Positions 5,699-13,527 of a DNA stretch of 37,897 bases are shown here, piece by piece. The stretch spans positions 1-37,897 of the IMG/VR virus record IMGVR_UViG_3300037261_000029. One strand, given 5' to 3'. Source of the stretch: a virus. The notes beneath the pieces are model-generated. The model saw nothing but the letters and a program-made list of their open reading frames with translations. It did not search any database and had not been told where the DNA came from. Position numbers and translations under genes: made by a program. Positions within the stretch are counted from its first letter, which is position 1. Every line of letters begins with the position of its first letter.

Positions 5699-5862
5699 TA
5701 GGCCTTAGGTGCTTGAAGCTTGGTTAAGATGTCTTCAAACTCTTGAAGCTTCGCAGCCACATCATCTTTATGCAGCGCATGAAGGACTGCGACCGCAGCA
5801 CTGATCAAGACACCGACCACAGAAAGAACCACCGGAACATTTGTTGATAGCCATGCCCACAT
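5698..5862 (-). CDS. 54-aa single-TM protein with a charged C-terminus (holin-like)
   Basis: MWAWLSTNVPVVLSVVGVLISAAVAVLHALHKDDVAAKLQEFEDILTKLQAPKA; GGAG lies 5 nt upstream; below the track cutoff. Confidence 0.45.
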   Translation of the reverse strand: MWAWLSTNVPVVLSVVGVLISAAVAVLHALHKDDVAAKLQEFEDILTKLQAPKA

Positions 5863-5943
5863 AAAAACTCCTTTTTTACTTTACAAGATTAATAAATGCC
5901 TTAACAATGCGAAATAATCATATACGTATCTAGGAGCAAATCA
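5863..5943. promoter_or_regulatory. divergent intergenic region; weak sigma70-like candidates on both strands
   Basis: + strand: TTTACA(5880-5885)-N17-AACAAT(5903-5908). The minus strand has TTGTTA-N18-TAAAGT. Neither is close to consensus. Confidence 0.25.
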
Positions 5944-6237
5944 ATGTTAGAAAAAATCATGGGTAAAAAGAAAGTTCCACCGGGATTTGAAGTCCCTAAG
6001 CGCACGCGCAAAGAAGTGGACGCCGAGTATTCCACGCAAGCCGTCTGGGTAGGCCATAAAACCCGGATGCTTCATCAGATGTATGCGGATGTAGATCTAC
6101 TCAAGAAACAGATTGATGAGCATGTCGCCAAACTACTCGCTCTCAACAAAGAAGGAATGGAGCTACCACCTGAACCTGTAGTGCCTATGCCCGAAGCTCC
6201 TGCACCCCTTCCCGCAGCAGCCCAGGTTGCCAAATGA
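5944..6237 (+). CDS. hypothetical protein with a Pro/Ala-rich tail
   Basis: ORF track. Confidence 0.5.
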   Translation: MLEKIMGKKKVPPGFEVPKRTRKEVDAEYSTQAVWVGHKTRMLHQMYADVDLLKKQIDEHVAKLLALNKEGMELPPEPVVPMPEAPAPLPAAAQVAK

Positions 6238-6599
6238 GCTGGAAATTCTGGCAGAAGGTAAAGAACAATACAGCCAAGACCAGCTCTAAAACCATTATTG
6301 AACAGATGAATGAATTACGTCCTTTGCCGATGGGTGTTCAAGAGTTCAAAGAATGGTCTGATAGGATCATCTCAGGTGCTCTCATCCCAACCACCAACAA
6401 AGAAAGCTTGGTCGCTACTCTTGCCGTGATGCTTCAGTCCTTAGGGCCTCAGGAGAGTCATAAGCCCGATGCTTATTTCATTCACTCTCTGCGCAAAGCT
6501 GCGACCAACGAAGTAGCCCGTCATATCTTTACTCAGGCGAAGCTGAAGCAAGAGGCAGAGTTTAAAGCTGCTCAAGAAGGTAACGCATCTACTGCATGA
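6234..6599 (+). CDS. hypothetical protein
   Basis: ORF track; coupled. Confidence 0.5.
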   Translation: MSWKFWQKVKNNTAKTSSKTIIEQMNELRPLPMGVQEFKEWSDRIISGALIPTTNKESLVATLAVMLQSLGPQESHKPDAYFIHSLRKAATNEVARHIFTQAKLKQEAEFKAAQEGNASTA

Positions 6600-6973
6600 T
6601 GAGCAAACCAGCAGACCACCCCGGATTTGCTGTACTTCTGAAAGAGTGGAATCTGAAACTAGCTGAATCCGGTTTTAAAGACATTGAGAACTCGAATCAC
6701 TTAGACGGCGTCTATCTACGTGAGAGCGGTTCAGTGATGCGCATGAGACGTGCAGCCCCGGTAGTCAGGGATGCTAAAACTCAGTACTTCAATATTATTG
6801 GTCAAAGCATTGCCAGAACCCAGTTCGATGATGAGCAAGAGAAGAAGATCATGTGTCTTTACTTTGAGGGATACAAGCAGGAGCAGATCAGGCACCAGTT
6901 TAACCCTCCTATTCATAGAAGTACCGTTTACCGTAAACTCTATAAGTGGTTAAAACGATGGGGTTTAAAGTGA
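6596..6973 (+). CDS. putative transcription regulator with a C-terminal HTH (sigma-70 region-4-like)
   Basis: LYFEGYKQEQIRHQFNPPIHRSTVYRKLYKWLKRWG resembles a region-4/LuxR-type HTH. Confidence 0.4.
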   Translation: MMSKPADHPGFAVLLKEWNLKLAESGFKDIENSNHLDGVYLRESGSVMRMRRAAPVVRDAKTQYFNIIGQSIARTQFDDEQEKKIMCLYFEGYKQEQIRHQFNPPIHRSTVYRKLYKWLKRWGLK

Positions 6974-7392
6974 ACGGGTACAAGGTAATCAGTTACTCAA
7001 GCACTGATCCAGCACTTGTACCTTTTCGTAATTTGATCTATGCCAGTTTCTTAAACGGATTGAGGTTCAATAATGATTTGTTCAAAGATATTGAGAGCGG
7101 TGTTTATTACCACAATTACCATCATGTTATTGATGGGCTTCTCAGTCGCGTGGACTGTGTTGTCCGTCTGGCGGTTTTAGATGATGACCCTGATACTGCT
7201 GTCGGCTGGTCTATTAGCGAGGGCCATACTCTTCATTTCGTCTTTGTCAAAGGAGATATAGAAGCCCGTAAACACGGCATCGGTACTTCACTGTTGCCCG
7301 AGGGCTTTAACAAATTCACTCACTTAACCAAGATTGGACGGGTCATCTGGAAGAATAAGTATCCAGAAGCCATTTTCAATCCTTTCCTCTAG
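6958..7392 (+). CDS. GNAT-like acetyltransferase-fold protein
   Basis: VGWSISEGHTLHFVFVKGDIEARKHGIGTSLL resembles GNAT motif A (R-x-x-G-x-G). The ATG at 6958 is preferred over the track GTG at 6946. Confidence 0.45.
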   Translation: MGFKVNGYKVISYSSTDPALVPFRNLIYASFLNGLRFNNDLFKDIESGVYYHNYHHVIDGLLSRVDCVVRLAVLDDDPDTAVGWSISEGHTLHFVFVKGDIEARKHGIGTSLLPEGFNKFTHLTKIGRVIWKNKYPEAIFNPFL

Positions 7393-7400
7393 GAGAATCT

Positions 7401-7958
7401 ATGCAACGCTTTATCCCAGTCACCTTCGCAGAACTTCATGGCAACCTGTTTATGCAAGGATCTAATCTCACGTCTAAGATCAATGCGGCTCAAAGAGGTG
7501 CAAAGCTGGTACTCGATACAGAACTTGGAGTCATTTGGATTAAGTTCAAGGGCAAGGTATCGCTTATCCCCCTAGCTAATACCGCATCACTCGATGCTGT
7601 CGTCCCAGAAGAACTCATGGTTGAACTAGGCTTTAATGAAGAACCCCTATCAGGCCCTCCTGCTGTAAGGCGTGGTAAGCAAAAGGCCCAGGAAGAATGG
7701 GAAGAACCACTGACCGATGAAGATGCTCATAGAGCGGCTGTCAGGCTTGCCTCAGCTACCTCTAACAAAGCCCCGAGCATTGCTCAGACGGATACCCTCA
7801 TCCAGGAAACAAGAGGCAAAGCTATGGGATTCAAAGACGCGCAAGTGTCTAACCCTACCCAGCCCACCACAGGAGCAAGTGTAGTAGGTAAGACCAAGGC
7901 ACTCAGTCATGCACAGCTTAGAGCCCAGGTTGCTCAAGAAGCTAAAGACGTAAAGTGA
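7401..7958 (+). CDS. hypothetical protein
   Basis: ORF track. Confidence 0.5.
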   Translation: MQRFIPVTFAELHGNLFMQGSNLTSKINAAQRGAKLVLDTELGVIWIKFKGKVSLIPLANTASLDAVVPEELMVELGFNEEPLSGPPAVRRGKQKAQEEWEEPLTDEDAHRAAVRLASATSNKAPSIAQTDTLIQETRGKAMGFKDAQVSNPTQPTTGASVVGKTKALSHAQLRAQVAQEAKDVK

Positions 7959-7965
7959 GGACGAT

Positions 7966-8190
7966 ATTACTTACAAACTGACCGCCACAATCAAGCATAA
8001 AGACTGGCATGAACCTGTAATCAAGGAGCTTTATTATTCAGGCCCAACGTTTGATGCTATACTGGCTCAGATAGAAACGCTTCCTCAGCATCTCTTCAAC
8101 CTGAGATATTTCAAAAGAACAGCGTTCAAGGATGCGCGTGGCGTGAAACATAAATGGCAGCTGAAGTTGATGAAGGATGATATTCATTGA
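7966..8190 (+). CDS. protein-like open frame lacking an ATG/GTG/TTG start (possible ATT start at 7966)
   Basis: The frame is open from 7954 to TGA 8188-8190 and reads ..DDITYKLTATIKHKDWHEPVIKELYYSGPTFDAILAQIETLPQHLFNLRYFKRTAFKDARGVKHKWQLKLMKDDIH. GAGGA at 7957-7961 lies 4 nt before the ATT. It fills a 228-nt gap in a densely packed genome. Confidence 0.35.
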   Translation: MTYKLTATIKHKDWHEPVIKELYYSGPTFDAILAQIETLPQHLFNLRYFKRTAFKDARGVKHKWQLKLMKDDIH

Positions 8191-9395
8191 AGACGAATTG
8201 CTTATATGACGCATTGATCAACGTCAAAGAACTAAAATCTCATCCAAAGAATAGAAACTCCCACCCAGATGAACAGATAAAGCGTCTGGCTTCGATTCTA
8301 AGCTATCAAGGATGGCGATACCCGGTGAAAGTGTCAAAACAATCCGGATTCATCACCAGCGGTCACGGGCGCGTTCTCGCAGCGAAGCTCAATGGATGGA
8401 AGACTGCACCAGTCAATTATCAGGATTACGAGTCTGATGAGCAGGAGTATGCCGATGTACAGGCCGACAATGCGATTGCGTCCTGGGCAGAATTGGACCT
8501 ATCTGGAATTAATTCTGATATTGGGGAATTGGGTCCTGACTTTGATCTGGATCTACTGGGGATTAAAGACTTCGTTTTAGAACCTGCTGAGCTAGTTCCT
8601 CAATGCGATGAGGATGAGGTACCCGAACATGTTGAGCCTCAAACTAAACCAGGCGATCTATATCGATTGGGTAACCACCGATTGCTATGTGGGGATTCTA
8701 CTGACATCGGGATGGTGGAGCGTCTCATGGACGGTCAAAGAGCGGACATGGTGTTTACTGATCCCCCTTATGGAATGAATTTAGATACCAACTATGATGG
8801 TATGTATGCTTTCGGTGACCATTCTGATACAGGAAACAGATTTAAGAAAGTGAAGGGAGACGATATTGAATATGACCCGAATCCTATATTGGCTATTGAT
8901 TCTAAAAGAAAATTTATTTGGGGCGCTGATTATTTTTACGACAAACTTCCTAAAGGAGGATGTTTTATTGCATGGGACAAACGGAGCGAAACTCTTGATC
9001 GTGTTCCCGGTAATACCACCGAATTTTGCTGGGCATATCCTCCCACCAGAAGAACATCAGTAAGAATTATTTGGTCGGGATATTATGGAATGACTGGTGA
9101 TGATGCCGGAAAAAGGATGCACCCAACTCAGAAGCCCATTAAGCTAGTTGAATGGTTTTTAGAAGCATGGGGTAAAGAAACTAAAACAGTAGTAGATATC
9201 TATGGCGGATCAGGATCAACCCTCATCGCATGCGAGAAGACCAACCGTAAATGTTTCATGATGGAACTTGACCCACACTACTGCTCAATCATCATAGAGC
9301 GATGGTGTAAGTATTCAGGAAAGGAGGCATATCTTGTCAATGACGATGGAACTCAAACGTCCTGGACCGAAATTAAAAACCAGAACCGGACTTAA
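8187..9395 (+). CDS. ParB-like nuclease domain fused to a beta-class N6A/N4C DNA methyltransferase
   Basis: N-terminus has KELKSHPKNRNSH..GHGRVLAAKLNG (ParB/Srx). The methyltransferase part has VFTDPPYG (motif IV) followed by DIYGGSGSTLIACE (motif I). Only a TTG start at 8187 is available. Confidence 0.9.
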   Translation: MKTNCLYDALINVKELKSHPKNRNSHPDEQIKRLASILSYQGWRYPVKVSKQSGFITSGHGRVLAAKLNGWKTAPVNYQDYESDEQEYADVQADNAIASWAELDLSGINSDIGELGPDFDLDLLGIKDFVLEPAELVPQCDEDEVPEHVEPQTKPGDLYRLGNHRLLCGDSTDIGMVERLMDGQRADMVFTDPPYGMNLDTNYDGMYAFGDHSDTGNRFKKVKGDDIEYDPNPILAIDSKRKFIWGADYFYDKLPKGGCFIAWDKRSETLDRVPGNTTEFCWAYPPTRRTSVRIIWSGYYGMTGDDAGKRMHPTQKPIKLVEWFLEAWGKETKTVVDIYGGSGSTLIACEKTNRKCFMMELDPHYCSIIIERWCKYSGKEAYLVNDDGTQTSWTEIKNQNRT

Positions 9396-9807
9396 CGGCG
9401 GAAATAGGAAGCCTCAAACGTTCAGGATTTGTGTTTGCGGAAAAGAATTCGGACCACTAGCAACTCTTAAACAGAGGTTCTGTTCTAAGCGATGTGCATA
9501 TGACCATGCTCCAAAGACCGCAGCCCATAAGCACGTTAGAACAAAAGAAGCCGCCAGAGCCCAGAGGTACTTAGCCTATTGCATTGAGTCAGGTAAAATC
9601 GTCAAACCTTCACAATGTGAGAAGTGCGCATCCACCAGTAAACGCATTGAGGGAGCCCACTTTAATTACCAAGAACCACTTAGGGTCCGCTGGCTTTGCC
9701 GGTCATGCCACGTCAAATGGGACAAGGCCGAACCAAAAGGTGGAACCCAGATCGTCGCAAGGTGGGAGAAATACACAGGCAAGAAAGCGGAGTTGACGAA
9801 TGGCTAG
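9334..9807 (+). CDS. zinc-finger / degenerate HNH-like protein next to the terminase
   Basis: CVCGK..RFCSKRCAY, then CEKC..EGAHFNYQEPLRVRWLCRSCHVKWD (H..N..WLC..CH layout). Overlaps the methyltransferase gene by 62 nt. Confidence 0.45.
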   Translation: MSMTMELKRPGPKLKTRTGLNGGNRKPQTFRICVCGKEFGPLATLKQRFCSKRCAYDHAPKTAAHKHVRTKEAARAQRYLAYCIESGKIVKPSQCEKCASTSKRIEGAHFNYQEPLRVRWLCRSCHVKWDKAEPKGGTQIVARWEKYTGKKAELTNG

Positions 9808-10159
9808 ACCCCCAAAAGCGCAAGAAGCGATTGATAAAGATGAATTAGAAAAGCTCATGAAACTTTACCCAACCGTCAGAGAAGCTGCGGACTGGTTTGG
9901 AGTATCCGATAGTTCACTAGAAAGGTTCGTTAAAGCAAACTTTGATATGAGTTTTGACGCTCTACGTGACAAAAGCTTTGTGAAGACCAGAATAGCTATA
10001 AAAAGGGCTCAAATTGATAAAGCACTGAAGGGCGATAATGTAATGTTGATCTGGTGTGGCAAACAATATTTAGGTCAGCGAGACGTTCAAGCTGTTCAAC
10101 TTTCAAATGATGGGGATAAGGGCATTAAGATCATTGTGGAAGATTACACTAAAAAGTAA
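9800..10159 (+). CDS. terS: terminase small subunit
   Basis: HTH (TVREAADWFGVSDSSLERFV) plus KGDNVMLIWCGKQYLGQRD, typical of TerS. Lies immediately upstream of TerL. Confidence 0.75.
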   Translation: MARPPKAQEAIDKDELEKLMKLYPTVREAADWFGVSDSSLERFVKANFDMSFDALRDKSFVKTRIAIKRAQIDKALKGDNVMLIWCGKQYLGQRDVQAVQLSNDGDKGIKIIVEDYTKK

Positions 10160-11589
10160 TGGAACTCAGGATTGCCCTACAACCCAAACAAAGGAAATTC
10201 CTTGAAACGATTGAAACGACGCCCATCACGTTCTACGGCGGTGCTAAAGGCGGCGGAAAGTCCAAAGGTCTTCAGCTTATTATGCTCCTTAGGCGTTTTA
10301 AATACCCGGGAAGTACGGGCGCTATATTCAGAAGGACTTACCCAGAGTTGGAAGGCAATCATATACGGCCGCTTTTTCAGGCTTTCCCGGCGTTAAGAGA
10401 ATATTGGAATGAAGCAAAGAAACTGTTATCTCTCCCCAATGGGTCAACTCTTCAGTTCTGTCATTGCAACAACGAAGCGGATGTGGATCTTTATCAAGGC
10501 AGAGAGTTCCATGACTTGGCAATTGATGAAGCGGGCCAATGGCCAGAACCTATGTTTAGACGACTCTTGGGATCCAACCGATCAAGCAAGTCTGGTGTCT
10601 TTGCTCGTGCGATACTTACTGGTAATCCAGGGGGGATTGGGCATGGTTGGCTCAAACGCCTCTTTGTGGAACGCAGGTTCAATGAAAGAGAGAATCCAGC
10701 TGATTATACATTTATCCAAGCTTTGGTGGACGACAACCAAGCTCTTATGGAAAACGACCCGGCGTATGTCCACAGATTAGACTCAGAACCCAATGAAGCG
10801 CTCAGACGTGCATTTAGATATGGTGATTGGGAGATATTTGCAGGACAATTCTTTCAGGAGATCAGTAAAGATATCCATCTTATCGCTCCATTTCCAATCC
10901 CTCCTCATTGGAATAGGTTCGGCTCGTATGACTACGGGTTTAACCATCCAGCGGCCTTCGGGTGGTTTGCCAACGATGAGGATGGCAACACCTACCTCTA
11001 TAGGGAGTTAGTACGTGCACAGGTTAGAGTGGATCAGTATGCCAAGATCCTTAACTCCTATGAAGACACTGCAGCTTTGTATCCTATTGTCGCGGGTCAT
11101 GACTGCTGGACGAACAAATCGACGTTAAGGGATGATGTTCAGCCCCCCACAGTCGCTGAGGAGTTCCTCACGCACGGCATACAACTCAGGCGTGCTGTCA
11201 TTGACCGAGTTCAAGGCGCATCGCACCTAAGAAGCTACCTAGCTTGGCAACAGAGACCTATGAACAAGCCCAGGTTCTACATCTTCAATACGTGTCCAGT
11301 GTCCTATGACACCTTGTCTCGTATGATCCATGATCCAGATAAGGTTGAGGATGTGCTGAAGGTCGATGCAACGGACGGCGATCCTCTATCAGGCGATGAT
11401 GCCTACGACATGATCAGATATGGGCTCATGAGCAGACCTGCCATCACTGATCCTATCAAAGCGAAGATTGCAATGGGTTCACCCGCATGGCACAAGAAAA
11501 TGAATGAGAATCTCTTTGAGCAAGCATTAGAGCATTTCAACAAAGAGAAGGAAGAACAGAGCGGCGGTTGGCCTTCAGATGTTGGATAG
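10159..11589 (+). CDS. terL: terminase large subunit
   Basis: Walker A FYGGAKGGGKS, LAIDEA (Walker B-like), and a C-terminal nuclease-like half; 476 aa. Confidence 0.95.
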   Translation: MELRIALQPKQRKFLETIETTPITFYGGAKGGGKSKGLQLIMLLRRFKYPGSTGAIFRRTYPELEGNHIRPLFQAFPALREYWNEAKKLLSLPNGSTLQFCHCNNEADVDLYQGREFHDLAIDEAGQWPEPMFRRLLGSNRSSKSGVFARAILTGNPGGIGHGWLKRLFVERRFNERENPADYTFIQALVDDNQALMENDPAYVHRLDSEPNEALRRAFRYGDWEIFAGQFFQEISKDIHLIAPFPIPPHWNRFGSYDYGFNHPAAFGWFANDEDGNTYLYRELVRAQVRVDQYAKILNSYEDTAALYPIVAGHDCWTNKSTLRDDVQPPTVAEEFLTHGIQLRRAVIDRVQGASHLRSYLAWQQRPMNKPRFYIFNTCPVSYDTLSRMIHDPDKVEDVLKVDATDGDPLSGDDAYDMIRYGLMSRPAITDPIKAKIAMGSPAWHKKMNENLFEQALEHFNKEKEEQSGGWPSDVG

Positions 11590-11658
11590 TAGCTCAATTG
11601 GTAGAGCACTCGGCTGTTAACCGAGCGGTTGTTTGTTCGACTCAGACCTATCCAGCCA
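11583..11658 (+). tRNA. tRNA-Asn (anticodon GTT at 11616-11618), CCA encoded
   Basis: Acceptor TGGATAG/CTATCCA perfect. TA. GCTC-AATTGGTA-GAGC. CTCGG-CTGTTAA-CCGAG. CGGTT. GTTTG-TTCGACT-CAGAC. G-CCA. Confidence 0.9.
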
Positions 11659-11672
11659 TTTTTCACTAAATT

Positions 11673-11688
11673 GCATCCTTTTGGCATC
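11673..11688 (+). promoter_or_regulatory. conserved late-region motif GCATCCTTTTGGCATC (copy 1)
   Basis: Exact 16-mer is shared with 19061-19076 and is followed by ATTGA. Lies 25 nt upstream of the ATG at 11713. Confidence 0.45.
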
Positions 11689-11712
11689 AATTGATAACAA
11701 AAGGGGTGAGAA

Positions 11713-11913
11713 ATGCTTCCAATTCTTAAAAAACATGAAGGTTCAGCGTCTAGCCCAATTGAGGCAGTTGAACGTAAGCCAGATGAAGAGTCGGACTATG
11801 ATGGCTTAGAGTCAGCCATGGAAGAGCTTTGCTCAGCACTCGAATCCAAAGACTATAAGGCAGCAGCCTCAAGCTTCCGAGCAGCATTCGATATGCTCGA
11901 TAATAAGGAATAA
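11713..11913 (+). CDS. small acidic protein
   Basis: ORF track. Confidence 0.5.
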   Translation: MLPILKKHEGSASSPIEAVERKPDEESDYDGLESAMEELCSALESKDYKAAASSFRAAFDMLDNKE

Positions 11914-11915
11914 CC

Positions 11916-12242
11916 ATGGCAAACTTTCTGATCAAAGATACCCCTTTTGTATTCTGTGGCTTAGGTACTCTCACCTATACGATCCCAGCACCTGGCATTT
12001 ATAACGTATCGGTGCAGTCTACTGAGACGCCTCCTACGGGACTGAGCATCGTTGTGAATGTGAATGGCTCGCCTGTTTATACAGCGCCAGTCATTACGCC
12101 TAGTCAGTCGGCTATCCAGTTTAAAAAGGACTTCCCGGCTTTACTCAATGACGTAGTGACAGTGGTTCTAGCCTCAAGTGCCCCTGTAGACCTTCAACTC
12201 AACACTCTAAAGACAACGATTAGTTGTGGAAATGGACAGTAA
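11916..12242 (+). CDS. 108-aa virion-module protein, paralog A
   Basis: ORF track; similar to the next ORF (MANF.., VVNVNGSPVY, DVVTVVLASS..LN..K..IS.G.G). Confidence 0.55.
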   Translation: MANFLIKDTPFVFCGLGTLTYTIPAPGIYNVSVQSTETPPTGLSIVVNVNGSPVYTAPVITPSQSAIQFKKDFPALLNDVVTVVLASSAPVDLQLNTLKTTISCGNGQ

Positions 12243-12244
12243 TC

Positions 12245-12571
12245 ATGGCTAATTTTAATCAGGATATCGTATCAGTCGGCTTGAACTCGGTGAGCTTTGA
12301 AGTCCCACCCGGTGGCGCTGGTCCTTGCTACGTTGAGGGACATATCAGCTTGCCGACTCTGAGTGCTGGCGGCGGAGTATCTGCCTTGGTAGTCACTGTG
12401 AATAAGAATGGCGGTCCGGTTTATGTGGGCCAAGCAGGAGCTGAAGGGTTTAGAGTTCAATTGGCTGTAGCTGCTCTCGACGTTCTTCAAGTCGTGATGA
12501 GTTCAGGAGCTGCTGCTGATCAAGGATTGAACGTCATTAAAGCTAATATCTCCATTGGATCGGGGACATAA
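12245..12571 (+). CDS. 108-aa virion-module protein, paralog B
   Basis: Start taken at the MANFNQ ATG (12245). Same length and motifs as paralog A. Confidence 0.55.
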   Translation: MANFNQDIVSVGLNSVSFEVPPGGAGPCYVEGHISLPTLSAGGGVSALVVTVNKNGGPVYVGQAGAEGFRVQLAVAALDVLQVVMSSGAAADQGLNVIKANISIGSGT

Positions 12572-13527
12572 TGAAAAACTTAGCAATTGCCTATTCGATG
12601 AAGAAGAAGGCCAAGAAAATGGCTGATGGCGGAGATGTACAGGGTAGCCCAGTCTTCGGAGGCAAGAAGATGCCTTCCGCTGCTGGAGATACGAGCCCTG
12701 CTCAGGACGCTAAGAACGCAGGTCTATCCTTTGATCCTTATGGCAAGGTGAAGAAGATGGCTCATGGGGGCCAGATTGCCGAGATGGAAGATAGGGCAGA
12801 CGTTAGAGGCGTTCATAAACAAAGTCATTTCTCCTCAGAAGGCATCAGTCGAGCAGGAGCTAGCGCCAGAAACTCGAATGACATGGCATCTAAAAATGGC
12901 AGTGATGCGATGGCATCTAGCAAAAGAGGGCACGAGCGCGTCTTAGGAGAAATGAAGTCCATGAAGAAACCCAATCTCTATGCGGACGGCGGGTTCATCA
13001 CTGACAACTACCAGAGCCCAGCGTCAGGACGTGGTCAAACTCATCCAGATCTTGGATACCATGAAGAAGAGTCAGGCTTTGTAGACCATATGGGCAATGT
13101 GCAACGTCCAGACCGTGCAGCTGTAGCTGAGGACGATAAAGATCTCAATCAGCACGGTGCACGCGAAGTAGGATCTTATGGTCAAGATGAACCCTTTCCT
13201 GCTGGCCCAGAAGCATATCTAGGCTCAGACATCGTTGACCGTATCATGAACAAACGTCTCAATGAAAAAGGTTTACCTTCTCATGAAGCTGAACAACATT
13301 ATTCAGAAGGCGGCAAGGTTGCTAACTCGGACTTACCAATTGCTGACTTTATGCCTAATGAGTTTGATGATCTGCATCTTAGGGATGATCTTTCTTCTAC
13401 TTATGGAGATGATGATAACTCGGGTGATGCCCTCGGAAATGCTCAAGAAGATGAAGACCGTAACGACATCATTGCACGTGTGATGCGTTCAAGAGCTAAG
13501 AAGGATCGTAATCCGAGGCCCGCATGA
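12571..13527 (+). CDS. disordered, charged protein with four [AS]-x-G-G-x-[VI] motifs
   Basis: MADGGDV, MAHGGQI, YADGGFI, SEGGKVA read in the translation. Confidence 0.55.
   Translation: MKNLAIAYSMKKKAKKMADGGDVQGSPVFGGKKMPSAAGDTSPAQDAKNAGLSFDPYGKVKKMAHGGQIAEMEDRADVRGVHKQSHFSSEGISRAGASARNSNDMASKNGSDAMASSKRGHERVLGEMKSMKKPNLYADGGFITDNYQSPASGRGQTHPDLGYHEEESGFVDHMGNVQRPDRAAVAEDDKDLNQHGAREVGSYGQDEPFPAGPEAYLGSDIVDRIMNKRLNEKGLPSHEAEQHYSEGGKVANSDLPIADFMPNEFDDLHLRDDLSSTYGDDDNSGDALGNAQEDEDRNDIIARVMRSRAKKDRNPRPA

Noticed and set aside
11681-11696. TGGCAT..TTGA in the late motif as a sigma54 (-24/-12) promoter
   Set aside because: The GG-to-downstream-element spacing is 8-9 nt rather than 10, and the -12 GC is replaced by GA in all three copies.
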